Assembly (NCBI GenBank): GCA_012295275.1
Contig: CM022679.1
Coordinates: 30,752,001 to 30,816,000 of the forward strand
Direction: 5' to 3'
Length of the DNA stretch: 64,000 nucleotides
Origin: Chrysomallon squamiferum
Lineage: Eukaryota > Animalia > Mollusca
Of the stretch, positions 28,313 through 43,514 are shown piece by piece. The notes below the pieces were generated by a model, which worked only from the letters and a program-made list of their open reading frames with translations, was not told the DNA's origin and did no database searches. The position numbers were made by a program, and so were the translations under genes. Position 1 is the stretch's first letter; every line of letters begins with the position of its first letter.

Positions 28313-29025
28313 TGAAATAACTAATGGTTAGATACAGCAAAATGGAATGTATATTGAAAAAAAAAAAAAAAAAAAAAAAAAAATAAAAAAAGATAAATCG
28401 ATGTTGTGGATACTTGTATAACTGATCCATATTTGTGTTTGAATCAGAACCGTCTGCTGCATTCCCATGATATAGGGCGGCAAGAATACAGCATGTCGCT
28501 TTTGAGATGAATCGAGCAAGATATGAAAATGAAACGAAAACAGAAAGGAAGTTTGAAAGGAAATTGGTTTTCTGCAAAATATTATCTCCACATGCAATAA
28601 ATCTTGAAAATTTGATCTTTTATCGACTAGCTCTGACAGATGCAGGAACCATGTAGGCGTGCTTCGACCCTAAACTGGTTATAAGCACGTTAAATGTTAA
28701 AGAATTGCAGCTGCAATAGTTATTATAATCAGTTTTACATCAAAGTGTGTGAGTAATGTTGTCTGGTGCAATGTGTGGATAGAGTTTAACAAATATTGGT
28801 GGGAATAGCCCTAAAGAGAGAAACTGCGCATGTGGGGAAATTGCTTTACAATAAGCGTGTAAATAGGTACAGAAGTAGTAGTAGAAGTACGTATAATGAT
28901 GTAGTGGGTCGTAATGAGATTGGTGCTAGCGAATTCGGTGAAAGTTTTAGTAATCATAGCTGTCTTGCTACAGTTACCATTATTTTTTTTATTATTTTTT
29001 TATTTAATATACATATGTCTATATA

Positions 29026-29086
<61 letters not shown>

Positions 29087-31779
29087 TGGGTTTTCTCTAT
29101 CGCACGCGCACTCGCGGAACAACCCGATAACGTCATAACAGCGGCGGAGAATTGACTGGCGACCACTCATTAAGAAAATCCGCTACGAGCGAAGTCTGCA
29201 CCAGACTCCATTCGCGAAACGGGCAAGATCTAATTTGCGAGAATAATCAAATTTGACAAACTAACCCCACTCCTTAACAGTCCATGCTGCCTGATGCAAA
29301 TCAACCGCTCTAGTCGCGATGTTGAGTAAACACTGTTTTACAAACAGTGCCGAGTGCTTTTCCGTCAATTCCGCAGATTATGGCGACGTCGAAAACTATT
29401 CATTGCTTTCAAGCGGCCGAGGCAGATGTTTAACTTTCAGTGTCTGACTTGAGGCACATTATAATTACATATATGAAGCGAATTAGTGCATATAATGATA
29501 TATATATATATATATACCCGAGAACCGGGAAGCTGGCGAGGCTAAGATATTCAGTGTAACCACCCTGAGCTCCATTACCATGACACCATTTCTTATTCGT
29601 TTTTATTTTATTACTTACAATTTTTTTTGTAATTTAATTTACTAATTTTATTATTTTTACCTTAACATCAAAACGTTTGATAGGTTGATACCAAGACGTC
29701 TCTTGAATAAATTGTAACTGAAGAAGGTTAATTCACATGGTGACTCTTATAAAATGTTATGAATTAAATATAATAAAATTATATTTTTTACAAAGTAATT
29801 TCTAATTACATTACCGAGTACTGGATTTATAATTTTCAAAATATACAAACTTAAACGAAACACTGTTTAAAAATTGAGTTTAAGTTTAATGAAGCTATTC
29901 CTTTTAATTGTTATTTTTTATTATTTACATTATTATTACTAATTGTTATTTTTTATTATTATTATTATTTTCATTATTACCTAATTATCATATTAATTAA
30001 TCATCATTAATATTAGTTCACTATTATTTATCATTACATTTTTTTATTGTTATTTTCTTCATCATATTTATCTTTATGATAAATGTTTATTTTTATTAAC
30101 AAAGTGTCCACGGTTTGAATTACACTGTATTTTCTCAGTGAGAAATGGTTGTCCATTTTTCCCCATAAATTGACAACATCTCATGAAACATCCTGACAGG
30201 AAGTCAATCAATGTTTCCGCTTGGTTTCACACAACAGATATTGCCGCAGCAAGCCGCGACAAGCCTGCTTTTCGCATTCCACACACTTTCGCGTCTACAA
30301 CTAATTGCTCCAAAACGTGGAAATTTATTTTCCACGCTAACAGATTTGCAAAAGCTGAGGGATGAAATTGAAGCAATTAATTCCATAGTAGACTGGTTTG
30401 TTTTGAAGTTTAGGAATTGAAATAATCGTGGCTGATGCTAAATTATTCTGCATGGTGACATCAGTAGCAGTGGCACTGTGTGGTCAAGTCACACACTCCA
30501 AGATTTCCAGGTTTTGGGATCAGTTCCAAGTATTGTCTTTTTTTAAAAAATAATTTAAGATTTGTTTTATTTTATCGTGAATAATTCTGTTTATTAATAC
30601 TAACAGTATCTTTGCTAGAGTAACCAGGTTTCTGCAATATCTCCATGATAATTTTTTAACTTTCAGTGGATGGAAGTGGTATTTTTTTAACTGATTTACC
30701 AATTCCTCAGTAAAACTGAAACCAGTGAAAAATCCTGTTTTTATCAAAACTAGTTGAGTTACAGCATGACCTGCTATAAGTAATGAGAATATACCAGAAA
30801 GGAATTGCATCCACAAGAAATTAATTTTGAAAAGAAAAAAAAAAAAATTAATTTATTAAAACCTAACTTGAGACATATTTTTGACAAGATCAAAAATTTG
30901 TGTCCATGATAGCTTATTTATAAATCTATCAATAATAGTGTTTCTTTTTCTTCAGTTAAAAAAAAAATCTCAAATAATGATGTGAACTATATATAAATAA
31001 AACAATCTTTACAGCACAAGAGTATACATTAATAGGATGGACAATATTCTTTGAGGATGTGAGCTTTGGCTGGAATAGGCAATGTTTAAAATCAGTTTCC
31101 CACATATACGTATATATATATTTGATAAAAAATGACAGTGTCTGAGTAAAAGAAATCCATAATGTAGTTAGAAATGAGAGATAATATTGAAGTATAATTT
31201 CTGTTTCAGTCACCATTAATAATATAATAAAGAAAGGTAAAACTGTTTCAAAACAGAATAAATTGTCTTAGGTACTTCTGACTCTAGATGTGTTTTCCTT
31301 TCAGTGTATCTATATTAGTTTCTGCTAATTCTTATCCACTGTCCCAAAGACATCTCCTATATTCTGATAAAACCTAAATTTGCCTGTTGATCTAAATATT
31401 TCAGTCATGAAGGTTTATTTCTTAAATTCTTACCTGTCCTATTATTATTATTTTTTTTTTTTTTTTTTACTGATTTCTACCTGTAATATTAAATATTCCT
31501 GTGATCATTCCCATAGTCCTTCTGATGTCTTCTTTCTGTCATAACTATTAACTACCCAATCAGCAATCATACATTCCTTCTGCTCACTTGTCATGGAAAA
31601 TATTTAGGACACCTGTTTTCACTCTAATGATGGCTATATTTAGTAACAAATGTTTCTAACAGAGCACATATTTCTTTTGAACTTTGCTTGTCATAGTAAA
31701 TATTCCAATTTGTGCTGCTACACTGATTATATAAAACATGTCTGTCAGAGTAAAGACTCCTTAACAGCTCCAACTTAAC

Positions 31780-32077
31780 AAACATACCTGCCAGGGTAAA
31801 TATACCTTAACTGCTCATACATTCCTTATAGCTCCTACCTGTCATGCTAAATATTCCTATCAGAGCTCCTATATTATACAAAAACACCAGTTCGAGTAAA
31901 TATTCCTTAAGTGGCTCCTACATTCCTTATGACTCCTACCTGTCATGGTAAATATTCCTATCAGAGCTCCTATATTATACAAAAACACCTGTCGCAGTAA
32001 AACATTCCTCAAGTGCTCCTACATTCCTTACAACTCCTACCTGTCATGGTAAATATTCCTATCAGAGCTCCTATATT
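31780..32077. repeat. 101-bp tandem repeat containing the SLC5A7 exon 3' end and donor
   Basis: CTCCTACCTGTCATG(G/C)TAAATATTCCTATCAGAGCTCCTATATT starts at 31832, 31933 and 32034 (spacing 101). More degenerate ~50-bp subunits continue to lower coordinates. Confidence 0.92.
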
Positions 32078-32215
32078 TCTTCCTGCTAACATCACATCTT
32101 CACTGTCTGCTGTTGAACCCGTCTGCTTGGACTTGCGGGCCGCCCACAGACCCACTCCGAGAATTATAATGTAAAACACCACAATGGCTGCGATGCCAGC
32201 TATGTGCACAGACAT
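32041..32215 (-). CDS. SLC5A7: High-affinity choline transporter, coding exon 1
   Basis: [30 protein letters not shown]...[21 protein letters not shown] is a typical CHT1 N-terminus. Donor AG|GTAGG, 175 nt, phase 1. An acceptor ttttcAG upstream puts the exon start at 32283, so a 5'UTR exon lies further upstream. Confidence 0.96.
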
Positions 32216-32546
32216 CTTGCTGTCAGTTCAGGTCCTGTTCTAGAGGGTGGTGGGTGGGTGCAGTCTGGGTGAACCACCTCTTTCTGAAAACCAAGAAAAA
32301 AAGATTTTTAATGTTGATGCAGACAGGAAAAGTGATGATAACATTAAAGAAACTGGTCATGGTGGTGTTTGAATGAGAGACTGTTACTGCCCACAGATCA
32401 GATTGTAACAGGTTTTTGATTATATTTAAAATAAGGTGCTTCAGTATTCTATATTTGTATTTTATTTTCTTTTTCTTTTTATTCTTTTCTTTTATTTTTT
32501 TTTTTTTTTTTTTTTATTTATTTATTTATTTATTATTATTTTTTAT

Positions 32547-32603
<57 letters not shown>

Positions 32604-35600
32604 TTGCATAGAAAATAAATTTGATAAAAAGACTGATAAAAAGGACTATTTTATAATTATTTAGTGCCTCACATGCAAGACTAAATGTTTTGACCAATTT
32701 TATGGAACCCATACCCAATTTTTTTTAATACAAAATTTAAATAATAATAAAATGTAAAGAAAAAAAAAATAATCTGTTCAAATAAAGGTTCACAATGTTA
32801 GAATAGTTTTCAAAAATATTAAGGTGACAGATATAACCTTTTTATTTATACTAATTTAAAACTAATATCATCATCAAGGTCAAGGTCACATTCTTACTGT
32901 TCTCTGTAATAATCTTTGATGCATGACTGGCTGTGTATTTATAAACTTGTAATGTGGAAGTTGTAAGAATCATTACATTGATTAGTCATGGTGAAACTCG
33001 GTACAGAGGAGAATGAAAAAACAAAGAAGTGGTAAATGTAAATAGTCGTTATGTCTAAAACTATTGAACACAGAATGAAAAGAGCAGAAAGAATTGATTT
33101 CCATAGCAAAACAGAAATCTTTTAACCTCCTCTTCTTATATTTCTTCTGGTTTCTTTAAGTTTATAAAACTGAATTTTATTTTAGAATACTTAAACTTTA
33201 TATTTTAAATATTACATGATCTTGCATTTGAATATCATTAATCATATGTTTGAATGTTACTAATCTTGTATTCAGATATCATTAACCATGTTTCAACATT
33301 ACTAATTTTTTACTCGGTTATCACTAATAATTCTTGAATATTATTAATTTTATATTTCAATATCATTAATCTTGTTTGAATATTACTAATTGTATGTTTG
33401 AATATCAGTAATCATACATATTAATCTGAATAAGTGCCATTTAAAGTAATGTTCCCAAGAGGATGAATTTTGACCAAACAAACATTTCTTTAAAATTGAT
33501 AGTGCCTGCAAACAAATCAGTTATGTCATTAAGGCTTTATTATCACCATCTTAGAAGGCACTTCCACAGTTCAGGCAAGTAATAATATGTATACAGTCTA
33601 CTAGATATTTATTTTTATAATACTAGGTGAAATTAAAATCTTTATGTATTAAATTATCTGAATATAATTTGAAAATGAATGAAAGATTTAAATTATTCAG
33701 CTGTTGGTTTTTTCCTCCTAAAAACTACTAGGATTATATCTAGAAAACATAAAACTTTTTGTTTCATATAAATTCAAAACAAAAAAGTAATAATAATGGT
33801 GTAAAATAGTCATTCAGATTCATCCAGAAAATAATATAAAAAATTGTAAATCAGCAAAGGGAAAAAAAGAGAGAAACAAAAATAATTATTTAAATAAACC
33901 TTTAACAGTTTTTTGAAATAGTCACTGCATTAAAAGATGTGTGTCAATTCTGGAAAAAACACAACATCTATCTTCATTTTTTAAATCTGATATTAGTATT
34001 AATAGTATCATCATTATCACAAACATAATTTTATCAACATTTTATTTTATTTATTTATATATTATAATCTTACATCATATAGGAAAGAATCTGTACTTCA
34101 AAGACATCCCATTAATTGGTTATATTAATGTAACCATAAACACTTATTAACAGACAAATCAATCAGCAGCTGAAACCCACATTCTAAGAAAGTACAAGCA
34201 GCTATTCCTCAATCCAGATACATTAATATCTAACAATGTTAATGTGGTAGTGTGTTAAAGACTAATCTGAAAAGATGTTGGAGGCATCACTTCTTTCCAT
34301 TTATTTTAATTTGCTTTGCTTTCTTTTCTTTTTTTCTTTTCTTTTAGTTTATTATATTTTTACATGCAATTAAATGATCAACTAATTTTAATAAATATAT
34401 TTTTTACTAAATAAATCTATTTTGTGAGATTTCATCTTCACAGAAATAATGAAAACAATATACATTTTTTTCTTTTATAGAAGTTTAAAATTAGCCCACT
34501 TTCCCAGGAAGGATGGATGAGCAGATGGCATGATGGGAAGGTCCAAGTTGCTTTGTTTGAAACTGCACAATTGTGTCAGTAGTTGGCAGCACAGATTAAA
34601 TGATTAACTGTTTATGATCAATTGATTCTATTTTACCACTTGGAAGGTCACACAACAAAAAAAAGTTACATATTTTGTTCATTATCAGCAATGAGTACTT
34701 TCCTCCCATAAAATCAGCAGCACAGAAGTAATGTGAAAGAACGGGCTAATGTGAAAAAAAGGAGAATATTTATGGAGGGTAATTATGTATTGAATTTGTG
34801 TAGTCACATGGATGGTTAGATAAACAGATGAACACAAACAGCTGCAACAAACCTTTTTCTGAATTACTTATATTAATGTTTACAAATGTTTTCTTATTTT
34901 TCTTTTCTTTTTTCTTCTTTTTCTTTCTTTTATTTTTTGTCTTCTTATTATTTTTTAAACTGAAACAGCTACAGTAAAATTAATAAACATTTGGATGAAT
35001 GAATATACTGCCACAGATAAAAAAATAAAAAAAATAAAAATATTTTATTTTACTCATCCTGAATTGAGAGGAAATGAACCAAAATCTTCAAAATGAAATT
35101 TTGTACTTTGGTAAAACACCCCCCTATTTACTCCTAATATTAGAACTCTAAAGATAACATTAATATACAACCTTGCCTCAAATAAATTAATCAGAATTAA
35201 TACTAAAATACATGCTGGGGTATGTTGTACAGGTTTTAGCTATGAGCTTAACAAAGAGAATCACATCTGAAAAACAACGAAAGAATTAATTTCCTTCACA
35301 GCCATAATTGTTGTTAGCATTTGAGAAATAGAGCCTTAACAATTTTAGCATTTGTGAAAAAGGGCCTAAACAAGTGTTAAAACTTGTGAAATGAGGCCTT
35401 AAGATTAATATAATTTATGAAACAGGGCCTTAACAAGATTCAACTTTTCTAAAATAGGGCCTTAACAGTTGTTAGCATATGCACAACAGGGCTTTAATAA
35501 TTTCTCATAACTGAAAGCCTGATCATGGTGTAAACCATCCAAGCCTTCAGTGAAAAAAGCAAAAGGTAATTACATCCACACTGAATCAGAAACCATTCTT

Positions 35601-36181
35601 TCATGTTGATTCTTTTAATTATTATCATCATTATAGAATGTCCTGTGTTATTGTCATTATTTCAGTCAGAGACAGAAATGACTGGTGCTAAATTCAAACA
35701 TTAATTAAAGTCATTTCTTTGTGTGTTTGTGTAGTTATCCAATCAATAACTTGTCTGTAGTATTACTGAATTCACTACAATCTTTATAGCACTTCCGATT
35801 TTTCTCTGTTGGATTTTGGCAGATAAAATCTTTTAATTCTCTTACAGTGTTGTTGCTTAATTGTTTTGATTTTTTTGTTGTTAATTTTTTATTAAAAAAA
35901 GGGGAAAAAAAGAAGAAGAAAGAAAGCAGCCCAAAGCAATAAGTGGGTTCTAAGAAAACGAGTGTTTCTGGAAATTGCAGATGTTTAATGCTTCGGTGCA
36001 TAAAGCCCAATTTGTTATTGTACCCAGGCAATTTCATTGTGGTTATTTCTCCACTGATTGCAGCAATTTGAATAAATGTCTCTGAATTACTACACTTGTC
36101 GTTATAGGTTACCGAAAAATAGTCCTTAATTGGGAAGAGAATGTATCAGTGGCATTGTGCTATCATGGCATAGTCTGTGTT

Positions 36182-36284
<103 letters not shown>

Positions 36285-37828
36285 TTATAAGAACAGACAG
36301 AACAATTGATCCTACAGTCTGTTGTGCCAAAAATGAGAATATAATTCTTGAAAATGTATATTTAAGTTTTCAGATATCCATATTTTAGAAATGAAGGAAA
36401 TAATAATAATAATAAATAAATAAATAAATAAATAAATAAATATGTAAATGAAAGAAAAAAAGGAGCAATGTAAAAACAAAATAAAATTATACCTCATTCC
36501 AAATTATAAATTATTAACACATTTCTTTTTAAATTATTATTTCTATTTTCTCATACTTAAGAATTTTTTTTCCCATTTCAAAATGATCTAAAATCAAAGA
36601 AACAGAAATATAATTACAAAATTGAAAATTCCGTATTTTAAAATTTTAACAGATTTTTTTAAATAATTTATATATTTAGAAATAAATATTTTCACATTTC
36701 ACAATAATATATATATATATATATATATATTATATTTAAATATAAGATATAAAATTATCTCTTATTCTGTATTTTAAATTATTAACACATTGCCTCCAGA
36801 TGTTAAAATTTATTTTTAAAAAAAATCTGACATTTTTGGTAAATATTTGTCTGTTCAGTTCATTGGGCCTGGAAGGTGAGACAATTCTTCTATCACAAAT
36901 GATTGATTTTTGTCAGGCTATTTGATCCAGGTTATCACTTGACTGTAGGAGCCCATTCTGAAGTAAACATGAAGTTTAAGCCTTGAGCAAACTGTCGCAA
37001 ACCTGAGAGCTGTGAAGATAAATTTTTAAATGCTTTTTCACACATGAACAATTTTTTTCATTACATGACTTGTTGAAAACAAACATAGTCAGTAATGACA
37101 GTGATAATGGAAAAAAAACAACAGAATAATGGTCATAATAAATAAATAAATAAATAAATATGAAATAAAATTAAATAGAATAAATAAATAAATAATATAA
37201 AATATAATAAAAAAAATAAAATAAATAAATATGAAATAAAATAAAATAAAATAAAGAAACAAATAACACTCAGAGTTAGGCAGTAAAGAGATACAGCTAA
37301 TCTTTTGTAAATTTAGCCCCCTGAATCAAGTATTTTCCAAACTCAGAGCAGAAGATGATTATAATTGAAGGTGACAGACCATTTAACCAGCAAGCTTCTG
37401 GGACTGATGGTGACACATCTATCTGGATTTTCTGGTTTTCTGGATTAAGGCTTAATATATACTAAAAATATTAAACAAAAAATAAAAAGTAAAGAATGAA
37501 ACTGTATTTAAAAGACATTTCTAAAGCCTGTCTTCTGCAAAACCAGGAGATTGGGCTTGTACAAGAACCTTTATCTACATAGTTTTTCTGCAACTAGCTG
37601 AAATTATTCAGGAAATTGTTCATGTATACAGTGGTCTTGATGTTTTGGAATGTAGGTGATGCAAAGTCTATAAAATGTGCAACTATAGCAATGAAAAAGT
37701 AACGTAATTTGAAAAAGATTAGAAAAACATCTAAAAAAAAAATAAAGAAATTAAAATTTTAAAAATGATTAGGAGGTATTAATACTTAAAACTTGTATTA
37801 TAAATAAAAGATTAATTCAAATAATATT

Positions 37829-37869
<41 letters not shown>

Positions 37870-38337
37870 CAACAACAACAATAATTTCAAAAATTATAAT
37901 AATAATTAAAACAAAATAATCATAAGAGCAATAACAACAATAATAATAAAATTATGATAATCATGGCAGATATTTTATTTCCTGTATTTCAATCACATCT
38001 GGTAACCAGTGGAAACAAAATCATTGTGTTTTATTAACCAATGAAAGAATAATTATGCTGCTAATTTAATTAAAACTACACATGCTGTTTTCTCAGACAA
38101 ATCAACTCTATTTGCCATAATTCACGTTTCTTTGATAAAACCTATAATTAAATGACTCATACTGCCATTTTTAAGACTTCTGAACAGAAGAGCTCGAACA
38201 AGATGATTAATTTTGATTTATGCTCTTAAACGATGCCAGACAGAATTATGCTTTATTAATCAGGGGACTAGTCAACCAGTTTCAAACTTCATTATGTCTA
38301 TGTTACATCTTCTGCTGGTTCAAGCTTGTCTGTAATG

Positions 38338-38370
<33 letters not shown>

Positions 38371-38609
38371 TATATCCAGGCACATGGTTTTTCAGTCCTG
38401 TACAATTGTGTCACTATTGATTTCAAATTATAACCCTTTCATCATCCATTAATCACAGTGTACAAACAGAACATTAATTTTAATCAGCATGCATGTTGCT
38501 GTGTTTTCTACAATCAATAGAAATTTAAGACATTTTGCAAATATATTAATTTTAGCCTGTTTACAGCCTGACTGCAAAAATGTTTCAACCTCTGTGTGTT
38601 TATTACTCT

Positions 38610-38845
38610 GAATGTTTCAGAGATTAATTCATTGCTACACTTCAACATGGTATGTTATTAGTAGTTATTAAGAGTCAAATATCTGAATTGATTTGATGAT
38701 TTAAGAGAAGAAACCTGGAGGGTCTACTCCTACATTTATCAGTTAGCAGTAAGGAAACTTTTACTTGCACCTTCCCATAGATTGTGAAAGCACAAACCCC
38801 AAACTTTGATAAATCAGATGAATAACACTGGCTAGATCAGACAAA
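38610..38845 (+). mobile_element. Decayed short interspersed repeat
   Basis: TTAGCAGTAAGGAAACTTTTACTTGCACCTTCCCATAGA...CTTTGATAAATCAG...CACTGGCT aligns by eye with ~50070-50150. It also resembles, from memory only, an abundant gastropod interspersed repeat. Boundaries are approximate. Confidence 0.45.
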
Positions 38846-39997
38846 TAATTTTTAGAAACACAAATGAATTATGTGTTATTGTGTAATAAAATGTTTAAAT
38901 GTCTCAGATGAAGCTTTCTTGAAATATAAAATTAAATTTTAAAATATATATTTTGTCACAATCTGCAAACATAATCTACATTTACCCAACAGTCTGTTCA
39001 TTACTAATACAATCCACTCTTTAGAAAAAATAGTCCACATTTTACAAATCCACTTGTTACAAATGTAATGCAACCTTTAGCATTACAATCCACTTTTTAC
39101 AAACTCAGGTCTATTTTTACAAATACAATTTATTTTTAACAAGTGCAGAAAACGTTTTGAAAAAAAACCCAAAACAATCCACTCATTACAAATACAATCC
39201 AGTCTTGTGAAACACAAACTGATTGTTTACAAATGGACATTCTAGAGGTTCAAGTATGTATTTCGTGTTCTCAACTTCTTGTCTTCGACACTTCGAGCTC
39301 ACTTGAAAAATGGTTTGATGGTGACTCTTCCTCAAAACAGACAATCAGCAGCCACACAGAAGTTTTCTCTGGCAAAAACTCTGGAGAAAGTCTTGATTGA
39401 TGAAATGAGACTTGATTGTCGTAGAGGGCACAGAGTAATTAAATGAAGGCCAGTTTCTGCCAGTGATGCCTCCTCTCAAGTGATTAGAATGGTAAAACGA
39501 TGCATCATCTTTCAGCTGAAGGCCTTTCCATCACCTTGCTCAGCATTTATCAAGGTGAGAGCTCTTGGCACAGATACTGATTAGGCCAGACTCTGTAAGA
39601 TGTCCCACAGGATCAGAATTTCCCCACCACCCACAAAATTGCAACTACACACACATGTATTTTTTAATTTCTTAAATCTTTAATTTTTTTTTTTTTTTTT
39701 TAAACTCTTTTGTGCAGAATGATATATTTTTTGTTTGTTCTAAATAATAACAGGTTGTCTTTGTTACCAAAGTCAGTGAGTTTTAAAGGTCAGCCATCTT
39801 TCATTGAGCTTGAATTTAAACTGGAAAGGACCAGGTGTCGTGCAAGCATAATGTTGATAAAAGCAAAGATGACAAGAACGTAATGATAAACAAAATCATA
39901 TTTAAAAAATGCTTCTGGATATGTGAAAATTCAGTGTTTGTCTTGCCAGACTATTTCTGTTTATTTATGTTAAAAATGCGTGTTTGTGTGTATATAA

Positions 39998-40029
<32 letters not shown>

Positions 40030-41888
40030 CATTCTTTTTGTTTTACCTGTTTATAAAAGTCTTATTTATTTAGTTTCATTCATTATTTGAAATTCATTTC
40101 AGTTATTGTTATTTGAAGGATATTATTATTAGGTTTTAAACATTAATAATGTTATTTATAATATCTATTTTTGGAATATATTATTTTGTTCTTAAATTAT
40201 ACTTCTTTTTTATTATTGCAGTATTATTATTATTTTTGTCATTCTTTAATTTTGTTTTTCTTCACTGTAAAAAATTTTATTTTCAAAATTCAGAAAATGA
40301 TTTCTAATGATACTTTGAATGCTGAATCACAGATTTTACAATTTAATTTTAATTTTAATATATTTTTTTTGCATTCTTTTCAACTTTTCATCTTGTTATG
40401 GAGAAACAGAAAACATATGGCATTTCTTCTTTACATACACATGCATGTATGCATGCATCAAATATATTGAAATCAACATTTGAAAAAATAAAACTAAAAC
40501 AGAAACAAAAAGTAATACTTCAAATATGCACTGATATGCTGTTTTATGAATATTCATCATATTTTTATATTTTCTTGGTTTTATATCAAAAAGCCAATAA
40601 TTTTTTTAGCAATTAAATATTCATTTATTCATTTATTTTGTGTTTTCTTTAAAAAAACAACATAAATCACATACTGCTGATTTGCTGTTTTTTTGTTTTC
40701 ATTTGGAGGATTTTTTAATAATATTTTTTGTGATACAGATAAACCACATCAGAATAAAATAAATATTTCTCAGGTTTTTTCTGACTTTTATGGAAATTAT
40801 CAACAAACTATGTACATAACTGTTTTATTTTAATCCAAAAACAAATGTGTTTTGCTTTTACTACTTTTTGAACATCAAGTGAGATATTCTGATATATATG
40901 CTTATGAGTGTGTATGTGTGTGTGCATGAATGTGTGCATATGTGTCTGTGTGTGTATGTCTGTGTTGAGATTGTAAATCATAACAAGGATAATAATTTTT
41001 TATTCTAAGATTCTGCCTAATGGCTAGAGTTCTTGAGTAACTCACAGTTGTCTTTTATTTCCCATTCCAGACAGAGTTCCATATGTTAAAACCCAACATG
41101 ACATACGCTTGTCTGAAGATGTATTTAAATAATCACCTATTGTTAATGGATAAGACTATCTAATGATGAAAACAACTGTGGTAGCATCTGGTTTCTTTTC
41201 CTTTTCATCATCGGCAACATAAAAACATGTTGAGATGCCACAAAATCAAATTAATTCATTCACATTATTCTCAAATTACCAAGAAAGTAAATGACATGAA
41301 ACACAATGTATCAGGACAATAGTTTTAAAAAATGAAGAAGTTTAAAGAAGGAAAAATAAAATATAGCCTGAGATGTTTCTTCATCTGTACCTTTTAACTG
41401 CACTTATTATGTCTAACTATTGAATACCAATTAACTTTTGTTATTTCTTTTTCTTAAACATTCAAGATGCCATTTTTTAAACTTGACATAACCAGCAGCT
41501 TATCCAAAAAGAAAATAAATTAAAATATGGATTAACATTCTGCTAAGTGGTGTTGTTTTCCTAACATGTTTGTTTGTTTTTTTCTGTCTTGGAATGTATT
41601 ATTGAGATCCTGCATGTGAATCACGTATTGGAAACTGCCAGAAACATGAACCAATTGTCCATCTCCCTGGAGTCCAGTTTACTCTAATGACCAACTATTC
41701 TTGTAATGGTTACTGCTAACTGAAATCATTAACTTGTAATTTAATTCTTTTTTTTCTTCTTATTTTTTATTTTTGTTGTTTTTTTGGTTATCATCTTTCT
41801 GTCTTAGCCGATTCATTATATGTTTTTTTTGTCTGAACAATATTTAGTTACTGATGGAATAGATCTGTTGTGTTACTTAGGTTAGAGT

Positions 41889-41927
<39 letters not shown>

Positions 41928-43261
41928 TGTGTTCACATAATGGTTGTGTGTGTGTGTGTCTGTCTGTGTTGTGTGTGTGTGTTTGTGTGCATGTGTGTGT
42001 GTATGTGTTCACATAATGGTTGTCTGTGTGGGTGTTTGTGTTTCTTTATACCTATATACATGTCTGAATGTTAATGTGTTTTTTAAAGATAAACATTCAT
42101 GTATGTATTTTTGTATGTAAAAATGCAAATAATTATATTAACGATGATTATTTTTGTGCTACAGTATGTGTGAATCCATAGGTTTATAAATATATATATA
42201 TATATATTTCCCATTCATATTAGTGTGTGTTTGTCTCTAATGACTAAGACACACAGAGATAATAAAAAACATACGTACAAATTGTAAATACATTTACATA
42301 CATATATGTATATATACATACATTTATAAACATACCCAAACATAGATACATAGAGACATACATCCATACATTACACACACACACAGACACATACAACAAC
42401 AAATGTACAAATATTACTTTAAAATCGAAGATGTCAAAATTATCAAGTTGCACCTGTTTACTTCTTCCAATGGTGATTATTGATATTTCACTTTTGTATT
42501 TTTGTTTGCTTCATCTGTCGCTGCTAATGAGAGAGAATTAAAGCCAGTTTAGAGAACATGGTGAACTCTGTGCAAACTAGTGTATTGTTAGTGAAGCTTA
42601 AACTGCATGTGTTCACCATGTACAAAATACTAATCAAGAACAACACAAAAACCAAACTGGCAATGTAATTGTATTTTTCTGTATCCTAAATAAAACTCTC
42701 TAGTTAAGTATCTACATCTTTTTTTAAGTCGAATGTTTTTTTTCTGCTGTAGACGTTCTTGAACACCTGTCTGAGTGAAACCTGTCAAACCCAATCTAAT
42801 CTGTGTTGCTTTAAGATGAAATCAAATGTGGAATAAAATGAATATTTCTCTAATGGATAATTTTTTTTTTTTTTTTAAAGGTATCATGTCCACACCCATG
42901 TCCACAATATATACCTGTGGCAGCATTCTTCAAACTTAATAATATTAAAACTGACAACACAAGCACCCACTGAAATGCTGAATGATGGAGATATTGTAAT
43001 ACAGTCACTATAAATGTAAGAAAAGAAAATGCATCAGTCGGTATGATGGCTGCAATAAATTGGATTATTAACTGATCTCAGTGGAGTTATTTTCTGTTCT
43101 AAACATTGCATATCAAGTACAGATCTTTACATATATACTAACAGAGATATACACCACATATATGAACAGAAAAGCTGAAGTTTTAACACACACACACACA
43201 CACACACATACATACATAAATAAAAATAAAATATATATATATATACATACACATACATACA

Positions 43262-43307
<46 letters not shown>

Positions 43308-43476
43308 CATTTTTTATTTTTTTTTTTAAAGTATAACAAATTGTGATGTATAAAATTTACCGAAACTGTTAAGATTTTTACATAATGAACCACAGTACAA
43401 TTAAAAACTAGAAGGAGACATTTTGACAAACAAATGTACAACATAAAAAATCTACAAAAACAAAACTTTGAACGTG

Positions 43477-43514
<38 letters not shown>

